43,208 nucleotides of DNA, from contig JACRAJ010000002.1 in NCBI GenBank assembly GCA_016213445.1, positions 102,780 through 145,987 of the forward strand, read 5' to 3'. Positions 15,436-21,723 of the stretch are shown here, one piece after another. Numbering within the stretch: position 1 is the first letter of the stretch; the number at the start of each line of letters is the position of its first letter. The notes beneath the pieces are model-generated. The model ran no database searches. It was not told where the DNA came from and saw nothing but the letters and a program-made list of their open reading frames with translations. The translations under genes were made by a program, and so were the position numbers. Origin of the DNA: Candidatus Azambacteria bacterium (lineage in GTDB: Bacteria > Patescibacteriota > Minisyncoccia > UBA10092).

Positions 15436-16776
15436 TTATTTCCCTTCAATTAATTTTTCGACTTTTTGTTTAGCTTCTTCCATTAATTCTTTTGCTTTTT
15501 TGCGGGCTTCGTGGGATTGGCGGACTAAATCGGCTATTTTTTGTTGGATTGGTTTTGGTAAAATTGGAATTAAAATGTTTTTGATTTGTTCCGGTTTCCA
15601 GTGAGCTATAACGGACCCGCCGGCATCTCGTTCGGCCTGCGCCTGCCCAATTATTGAGTTTATGCAAAGCGTTAAATATTCGGCATCAACATCTTCTTTA
15701 ACTTTGAGGCGCAATACACCGCCGGCAACAATTCCCTCTAATGGTTCTTTCAAAACATAAGCGATGCCCGGCGTTGCATCTTTTGTTAATAAAATTTCGT
15801 CGGTTTTCGGCTCAAAATCTTTCTTGAGTTCCTGATATAATTTGTCGTTTAAATATTTTTGGTCTTTATCTGTTATTCCATCTTTTGAAAGCGAACTGAC
15901 ACGGATAAATAACTTCCCTTCCTCTTGATATTCTTCAGCCCCGGATTCGATTCCTTTTTTTATTGAAACCAAATCTCCTAATAATTTTGTATTCTGATTT
16001 TTCATTTTTGAAATTAATTTATCATATTTCGGCTGAAAATATTCCGCGTCAATACGATTCACTTTTTTAACTTCTAACAAATTTACAATGGAAAATAAGT
16101 CGTTATTTTCCCAAGCCTTCGACTCGCTCAGGCCTAGCTCCGCTAGAAGCAAATTTTCAGCTTGGAAGTGAAGATGCTTTGAATTTTCTAATTCTGTTTG
16201 CGATTCTATAACTAAACTTTTTACTCCTTCTCTGAATTTTTGATTGCCTAAATAAATTTTTGTTTCCAAAATATCCTCAACTGTAATAGCCGGATACATT
16301 GTTGCTGTGGTTTTTCTATCTAACAATTTAATAATTGGCCGCGTTTTTAAATAAGTAAATAGATATTCCGGTTCGACTTTCTCTGACTTCAATACGGCAA
16401 AGCCGGACGAACAAACTAAATTTTTGGCATTTTCTCTAATCAAACTAACCGCATTACGAATTGGGCGAACTGTAGAAACAATTACATCATTTTGTTTAAC
16501 AAGCCATTGTGCCCTATCGGGGGCGTCTTCTCCTAGAATTTCGCTTTTGTTGTACTCGCCAGTTGATAAATCAATCTCTGAAATTTCAATATATTGAAAA
16601 TTTTCGCCTTTTTGGGAATTAAATTTTCTTTTGGGATTTTCCGCAACCTTTCCCATCGGCACTGCGCCTAAGTTATCGAGGTTTTTAATTAATCCCAAAT
16701 ACTCCGGCTGATAATATTCAGCGTCTAGCCGCAAAGCACCTTCGAGTTGTGATTTTTGGATTATGGAGTACTGCAT
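15436..16776 (-). CDS. hsdS: Restriction-modification specificity (S) subunit with two target-recognition domains
   Basis: The ORF is 446 aa. Duplicated RLDAEYYQPEY and RIDAEYFQPKY motifs each open a half of the protein. It has a central helical region and a C-terminal one, as in HsdS. Confidence 0.85.
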   Translation of the reverse strand: MQYSIIQKSQLEGALRLDAEYYQPEYLGLIKNLDNLGAVPMGKVAENPKRKFNSQKGENFQYIEISEIDLSTGEYNKSEILGEDAPDRAQWLVKQNDVIVSTVRPIRNAVSLIRENAKNLVCSSGFAVLKSEKVEPEYLFTYLKTRPIIKLLDRKTTATMYPAITVEDILETKIYLGNQKFREGVKSLVIESQTELENSKHLHFQAENLLLAELGLSESKAWENNDLFSIVNLLEVKKVNRIDAEYFQPKYDKLISKMKNQNTKLLGDLVSIKKGIESGAEEYQEEGKLFIRVSSLSKDGITDKDQKYLNDKLYQELKKDFEPKTDEILLTKDATPGIAYVLKEPLEGIVAGGVLRLKVKEDVDAEYLTLCINSIIGQAQAERDAGGSVIAHWKPEQIKNILIPILPKPIQQKIADLVRQSHEARKKAKELMEEAKQKVEKLIEGK

Positions 16777-16778
16777 AA

Positions 16779-17750
16779 TTACTTCGTCAGAGTTTTGGTT
16801 ATTTCTATTATCTGATTAGAGGGCCCAGGGTTATCTTTAGAATCTTTTAGATAGCCAGTTTCATGATTGGCAAAAATTGCTCTTGTAAGTTCCAGCAAAA
16901 TCGCATTCCTAATTTCTTTCTCGTTCTCACTTTCAGTGGCAACTACCGAATCAAGAATTTGTTTATGAGAATTTAGCGCATTTTGCCGTTGGATATTAAA
17001 GTTATATAAGTTTTTTTCTGTTGAATGTATTTTTGAAAAATGAGCGATTAAATAGCCACCTAATGAGAGTAAAATAAATTTTATAAGTATGTTTTGCGTG
17101 TTTACGGTTTGTAGAATATTTTCAAAAAATGTCAGCTTTTCAGACGAAACAAACCTGATATTTTGTAAAAAAATAATCGAAAGTGTTGCAGCTAAAATAA
17201 TGCTTCCAAACATTAGCCAACGATTTATTTTGGCCGTTCTTTCGTTTTTAAAAGCTTCATTTCCAAAAAAGTTTCCGTATTCCATAACTTCACTTTGGAC
17301 TGCTTTTTTCTGCGCCTGCTGTAAAAGAACCTCCGTTTTGCTTAAATCCTCATTTAACTTTTTTATGCGTTCCTCTGACTTTTTAATAACATCTTTCAAC
17401 CTCTCATCTCTTGACGGATCAAAATCTTTTATATATCGATAAACGGTTGAAAGATTTTGGTAAATCTCAAATTCTTTATTTTTTATATTATCAATCCAAA
17501 TTTGACGCTCATTTGTATTTTGAAAATTATTTACAATTTGGTTTGAAAATTGTATGAATGAATTCAGTTGGAATTCAATCTGATTTTTGAAGTTATTAGA
17601 TAATTGATCCAGATTCGGATAATTTAACATCTCGTCAAATATTGACTTAATCCTATCAAGATTAGGTTTTGCTACTTCTAAACTATATTCTCCTAAGTCT
17701 TTCCTAAGTAGTTTGTTCCAATCTATCTTTTTATATTCTTCGATATTCAT
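16779..17750 (-). CDS. Uncharacterised 2-TM protein embedded between the methyltransferase and S genes
   Basis: The ORF is 323 aa. The N-terminal ~180 aa are helical/coiled-coil. Two hydrophobic helices follow (WLMFGSIILAATLSIIFLQNI and ILIKFILLSLGGYLIAHFS), then an ~80-aa helical tail. The gap to hsdS is 2 nt. Confidence 0.6.
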   Translation of the reverse strand: MNIEEYKKIDWNKLLRKDLGEYSLEVAKPNLDRIKSIFDEMLNYPNLDQLSNNFKNQIEFQLNSFIQFSNQIVNNFQNTNERQIWIDNIKNKEFEIYQNLSTVYRYIKDFDPSRDERLKDVIKKSEERIKKLNEDLSKTEVLLQQAQKKAVQSEVMEYGNFFGNEAFKNERTAKINRWLMFGSIILAATLSIIFLQNIRFVSSEKLTFFENILQTVNTQNILIKFILLSLGGYLIAHFSKIHSTEKNLYNFNIQRQNALNSHKQILDSVVATESENEKEIRNAILLELTRAIFANHETGYLKDSKDNPGPSNQIIEITKTLTK

Positions 17751-17766
17751 AAGAAATTAATTAAAT

Positions 17767-19707
17767 TTAAAAATTAAACTTTTGTTTCTTGGCGAACTTT
17801 ATAAATGCTTCGGCGATTTCGTCTAAGTCATGGTCTAAAACTTTTCGGCCTTTGGTGTCGTGAATATAACTTCCGCTGGCGTCTTTTTTATAAATATAAT
17901 CTCCCGAATTGTCTTTGCCGCCTTTTTTGGAAACTGCCATAAAAATCGGATAATCTTTCGGAATTTCTTCATTCTCGCCCCATTTTTGCAAAAACAAAAC
18001 ACTTGTTTTTACTCCAGCATGCGGTCTAAAAGTATTTACATGCAATCCAATGACGCCTAAAATTCTGACTTTATCCAAAAGATGATTTCGAACATATTCC
18101 ATATTTGTATTATTTAAAATTCCCTGCGGTAAAACAATCGCCATTCTGCCGCCCGGACGTAAAAATTCCAAATCTCGCTCAATAAAAAGAATATGCCGTT
18201 CCATTTTATTTACCAATTTCCCCTTCTTTCTGCCAAATTCATATTGCCTTAATAATCCCGGATCTTTTATTTCCCCGGCAAAAGGCGGATTTGTTAGTAA
18301 GACATCAAAAGCGAAATTTTTAAAAGTATTTTTATTTTCCTGTTCCTGAGTATAATCTTTAAATTTTTCCAACCGCGCCAAAAGCTCGCTTCGCGCGTGC
18401 AATTTATCGGGATCTTCACCCTGCCATTCGCGAGGGTCAAGCGAATTTAATTTAAAAAGATGCGAACGGCCATCGCCGGCAATAAGCATTAAGGCCCGCG
18501 AGACTTTGGCCGTTTCATCGGCAAAATCTATGCCGTAAAGATATTCTTTGGCATATTCTTGTTTTTCATATTCCGATTTTAAGTAATTCTCTTTAACCCA
18601 ATTCATGCAGGCGATTAAAAATCCTCCTGAACCGCAAGCCGGGTCAATAATATATTCATCCGATTTTGGATTAAGCATTTTAACGGCCATATTTATCACA
18701 TGCCGCGGCGTGAAATATTGCCCCTTTTTACCTTTGGCAACCTCGGGGATTAAATATTCAAAAGCTTCGTCGATTATCATTAAATCAGAACCGAAAAGTT
18801 TGGCTTTTTCCATCTCGCCGATTACAATCGCCAAATGTTCGGGCGATAAACGAATATTATCTTGTTCAAAAAAAGTTCCCGGCCATTTCTTAATTGCCAA
18901 ATGAAAAAGAGTATTTACGGAAGTGTAGGTTTTTGCGGGATCTTTATATTTTCTAAACAATATTTCGTTTTCTTCCCTTTTTTGTGCCTCTATTTCATCA
19001 AATAGTTTGGCATAAATCAATTTGAAAACTTCAGTAAAAACATCAACGCCCGCGCCCGCTAAAATCAGTTCTTCCGCGATTTGAATAATTTCTTTTAGAT
19101 TGGTTTTCGGGTCTAAATCGGATAATGTGCGCTTTTCCGACAATAAATCATCTATTGTTTTATCGGCAGGCGGGATTTCTGAAAGCGTATCTTCAAAATT
19201 ATTCGGATAATTGCGATATAAAATAGTTTTAATTTTCCCGTTTGACCAAACGCCGATTTCGCAGCCCTCCGCATTTAAATAACTTTTTAACTGATCTATT
19301 CCTTTTCCAAAATTTGGTTTTTTAACTTCTATTACTATATAGGGCGTTGTTTTATCGTTTTTATAAACTACAATATCGGCCCGGGCAAATTCTTTTGAGC
19401 CAAAATGGACACTTTTTTCTATATCGATTCTATCAAAAGGATATTTATAAAATTTATTTAATTTATAAAGCCACAACTGCCGAATAATTTCTTCAGGCTT
19501 ACCGCTTTTCTTTGTTTCGTCGTAAACAAACTTTTTCCCGCCCGATTTAAAATCTTTAATATAAAACCTGTTTTTTTCTTCTTCGGTTATTTTTAAAATA
19601 TCTTCCAAATCAATATCTTCAAACTCTTTAAGTCCATAAATAATTTCATTATCTTTAAAAATCTTATCTATTATTTCTTTTGTTTTGCTTATTTTTTGCG
19701 TAGGCAT
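17767..19707 (-). CDS. N6-adenine DNA methyltransferase (gamma class) with an N-terminal HsdR_N-like PD-(D/E)xK nuclease domain
   Basis: The ORF is 646 aa. The N-terminal region reads ARADIVVYKNDKTTPYIVIEVKKP...QLKSYL...WSNG (D...ExK). Motif I is IIDPACGSGGFL and motif IV is LLTNPPFAG. Confidence 0.8.
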   Translation of the reverse strand: MPTQKISKTKEIIDKIFKDNEIIYGLKEFEDIDLEDILKITEEEKNRFYIKDFKSGGKKFVYDETKKSGKPEEIIRQLWLYKLNKFYKYPFDRIDIEKSVHFGSKEFARADIVVYKNDKTTPYIVIEVKKPNFGKGIDQLKSYLNAEGCEIGVWSNGKIKTILYRNYPNNFEDTLSEIPPADKTIDDLLSEKRTLSDLDPKTNLKEIIQIAEELILAGAGVDVFTEVFKLIYAKLFDEIEAQKREENEILFRKYKDPAKTYTSVNTLFHLAIKKWPGTFFEQDNIRLSPEHLAIVIGEMEKAKLFGSDLMIIDEAFEYLIPEVAKGKKGQYFTPRHVINMAVKMLNPKSDEYIIDPACGSGGFLIACMNWVKENYLKSEYEKQEYAKEYLYGIDFADETAKVSRALMLIAGDGRSHLFKLNSLDPREWQGEDPDKLHARSELLARLEKFKDYTQEQENKNTFKNFAFDVLLTNPPFAGEIKDPGLLRQYEFGRKKGKLVNKMERHILFIERDLEFLRPGGRMAIVLPQGILNNTNMEYVRNHLLDKVRILGVIGLHVNTFRPHAGVKTSVLFLQKWGENEEIPKDYPIFMAVSKKGGKDNSGDYIYKKDASGSYIHDTKGRKVLDHDLDEIAEAFIKFAKKQKFNF

Positions 19708-19708
19708 A

Positions 19709-20350
19709 TTATTTCACCGGTTTCCAATAATTATTTTTTAAAATTGATATGACTTTTCCCTTAATTTCAGTCTCATCATTAAATGGAATAACTTTATGAT
19801 TGGGATTTTCGGGTTTCAAATAAACATAAGGCGGCTTGTCATCGGAAATAAACCTTTTGACCGTTGAACCGTCGCCGATTTGAGCGAAAACAATATCTCC
19901 GGAAATAAATTCTTTTTGATTTTGAACCAAAACCACATCGCCGTCGTCAATTCCGGCGTTAATCATTGAGTCGCCGGAAATTTTTAAAAGAAAGACTTCT
20001 TGTTTTAATCTTGCTACTTCACCCGGAATTTCTTGCCATTCTCCGGATATTTCTATAGTTTCAATTGGAGAACCGGCACTTGTAGCCCCTAAAATTGGCA
20101 TGAGCGACTTTTTGCCTAAAATTTCTAATCCAAGAGGCAAAATGGTTATGCTTCTTGCCTGCCCTTCTCTTCTTTTGATAAACCCCTTTTTTTCAAGCGC
20201 ATTTAAAAAATTTAAAGCCGATTGATTTGAAGATACCCCCATTTTTTCTTTTAAGTCGGATAGCGTTGGCGGGAATCCTTCGTTAAATACGCTGTCGTAA
20301 ATAAATTCAAGAACTTTTTTTTGTTTCGGAGTTATTTCTTTGATAACCAT
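19709..20350 (-). CDS. lexA: LexA repressor (winged-helix domain plus S24 autopeptidase)
   Basis: The ORF is 213 aa. The N-terminus ITPKQKKVLEFIYDSVFNEGFPPTLSDLKEKMGV..ALNFLNALEKKGFIKR matches the LexA DNA-binding domain. An Ala-Gly site (SAGSP), GDSMINAGI (Ser) and TVKRF (Lys) are present. Confidence 0.85.
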   Translation of the reverse strand: MVIKEITPKQKKVLEFIYDSVFNEGFPPTLSDLKEKMGVSSNQSALNFLNALEKKGFIKRREGQARSITILPLGLEILGKKSLMPILGATSAGSPIETIEISGEWQEIPGEVARLKQEVFLLKISGDSMINAGIDDGDVVLVQNQKEFISGDIVFAQIGDGSTVKRFISDDKPPYVYLKPENPNHKVIPFNDETEIKGKVISILKNNYWKPVK

Positions 20351-20356
20351 ACTTTA

Positions 20357-20384
20357 ATTATATATGACTAAATGGTCATGTCAA
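20357..20384 (-). promoter_or_regulatory. lexA promoter (TTGACA-16 nt-TATAAT) with the palindrome ATGAC-N6-GTCAT in the spacer; near-leaderless
   Basis: On the minus strand the sequence reads TTGACATGACCATTTAGTCATATATAATTAAAGTATG. The -10 ends 6 nt before the ATG. The inverted repeat spans 20364-20379. Confidence 0.45.
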
Positions 20385-20423
20385 AAAAATAACTGTGGAT
20401 AATTAAGAATTTAAATTTTTATT

Positions 20424-21605
20424 CTATTTATTCAAAATTTCCGCGGTTTCGGTTGCCATTTGGCTCATTTCATCGGAAACAATCACGGCGATTTTAACCG
20501 GCGAATTCGTTGCATTATGAATGAAGCCGTCCGCGCTTACGGTATTGTTGTTTCTTTCATTATCAATGGCGATGCCCAGCGCTTCCATATCGCGGCAAAT
20601 CCGCGAGCGCATAATCGAGGAACGCTCGCCGATGGTTCCGGAAAAAATCAAAATGTCCGCGCCGCCCAAAGCCGCGAAATACGAGCCGATGTATTTTTTT
20701 ATTTTATAAACGAAAATTTCCAGCGCCAGCTTGGCCCCTTCGTCGCCGCCGGCTTCGAGATTTAAAAGCTCTCTTATATCATCGGTTTTCCCGGACAGAC
20801 CCAATAAACCGCACTGTGAATTGAAATATTTTTCCATTTCTTCCGGCCTCAACTCCAATTTTTTTTCAAGGTAAATCACCGCCCCCGCGTCGATATCGCC
20901 CACTCTCGTCGACATCGGAAGTCCTTCAAGCGGCGAAAATCCCATTGATGTGTCAAAACTTTTCCCGTTTTTAAAAGCCATAATGCTGGAGCCGCTTCCC
21001 AAATGGCAAACAATCGCCTTTTCAGTCGCCACCCGCGACAACGATTCAAGCTTGGGAAGAATCGATTTAAAAGAAATCCCGTGGTAGCCGAAACGAAAAA
21101 CATCCAATTTTTTGGCGTCGCCTGTCGGCAAGCCGTAGTAGCGCGAATGACCGGGCATCGTCGCGTGATACGCGCTGTCGGAAACGGCGACAATCGGAAC
21201 GCCGGGAAGCGCCGCGCCCAAACTTTCGATTTCAGAAATTATGGAAACGGCATGAAGCGGCGCCCATTCTTTCGCCTCATCCAATTTTTTATTGAATTCG
21301 GCATCAATTATCCGATTTTCCTGAAAATAACTTCCGGGGGCCACAACCCGCAAGCCGACAGCCGCGATATCGCCGATGCCGCTTATCAAACCCGCGTTGA
21401 TTATTTCATTGATAACGTATTTAGTGGCGTTCACGTAATCCGATTCGGAAATTTTCCGTTTTTCCGATTCCGCGCCTTTGGCAAGGTTTACGATAATGCC
21501 GCTATCTTCTTTTTCAAAATGCGCGAAAAATCCACGGTTATCATCCGCATAAAGCGCGTATTTTTTTGAAGCGCTTCCGGTATTGACTATAAAATATTTA
21601 GACAT
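20424..21605 (-). CDS. ackA: Acetate kinase
   Basis: The ORF is 393 aa. The N-terminus IVNTGSASKKYALY, the HRYGYHGIS-like FRFGYHGISF and CHLGSGSS are typical of acetate/propionate kinases. Confidence 0.85.
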   Translation of the reverse strand: MSKYFIVNTGSASKKYALYADDNRGFFAHFEKEDSGIIVNLAKGAESEKRKISESDYVNATKYVINEIINAGLISGIGDIAAVGLRVVAPGSYFQENRIIDAEFNKKLDEAKEWAPLHAVSIISEIESLGAALPGVPIVAVSDSAYHATMPGHSRYYGLPTGDAKKLDVFRFGYHGISFKSILPKLESLSRVATEKAIVCHLGSGSSIMAFKNGKSFDTSMGFSPLEGLPMSTRVGDIDAGAVIYLEKKLELRPEEMEKYFNSQCGLLGLSGKTDDIRELLNLEAGGDEGAKLALEIFVYKIKKYIGSYFAALGGADILIFSGTIGERSSIMRSRICRDMEALGIAIDNERNNNTVSADGFIHNATNSPVKIAVIVSDEMSQMATETAEILNK

Positions 21606-21723
21606 AAGAATTTAATTTTAAATTTCTAATTTTAAATTTTAATTTAATGATTTAATTTCTAAATTTTAAAATTTTTAATTTGATTTAAAACTTAAAATTT
21701 ATAATTTAAAATTTGGTTAGAAA
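21606..21723. repeat. Extremely AT-rich spacer made of imperfect ~32-nt tandem repeats
   Basis: ATTTAATTTTAAATTTCTAATTTTAAATTTTA is followed by ATTTAATGATTTAATTTCTAAATTTTAAAATTTTTA and a third degenerate unit. Almost no G or C occurs between xfp and ackA. Confidence 0.5.

Noticed and set aside
13467-19707. A classical type I R-M system (hsdR-hsdM-hsdS), with the 556-aa ATPase as HsdR.
   Set aside because: The ATPase has ABC/OLD-type motifs and not SF2 helicase/translocase (DEAD-box-like) motifs, and it is far too short for HsdR. The nuclease-like domain is instead fused to the methyltransferase.
12798-20423. A mobile element call (prophage, ICE or transposon) for the accessory island.
   Set aside because: No integrase, transposase, terminal inverted or direct repeats, or phage structural genes are visible. 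Only compositional and gene-content evidence exists, so it is reported as an island and not annotated as a mobile element.
21606-21723. A CRISPR array or minisatellite in the repetitive AT-rich spacer.
   Set aside because: The repeats are imperfect and contiguous with no unique spacers. They are nearly pure A/T, and no cas genes are nearby.
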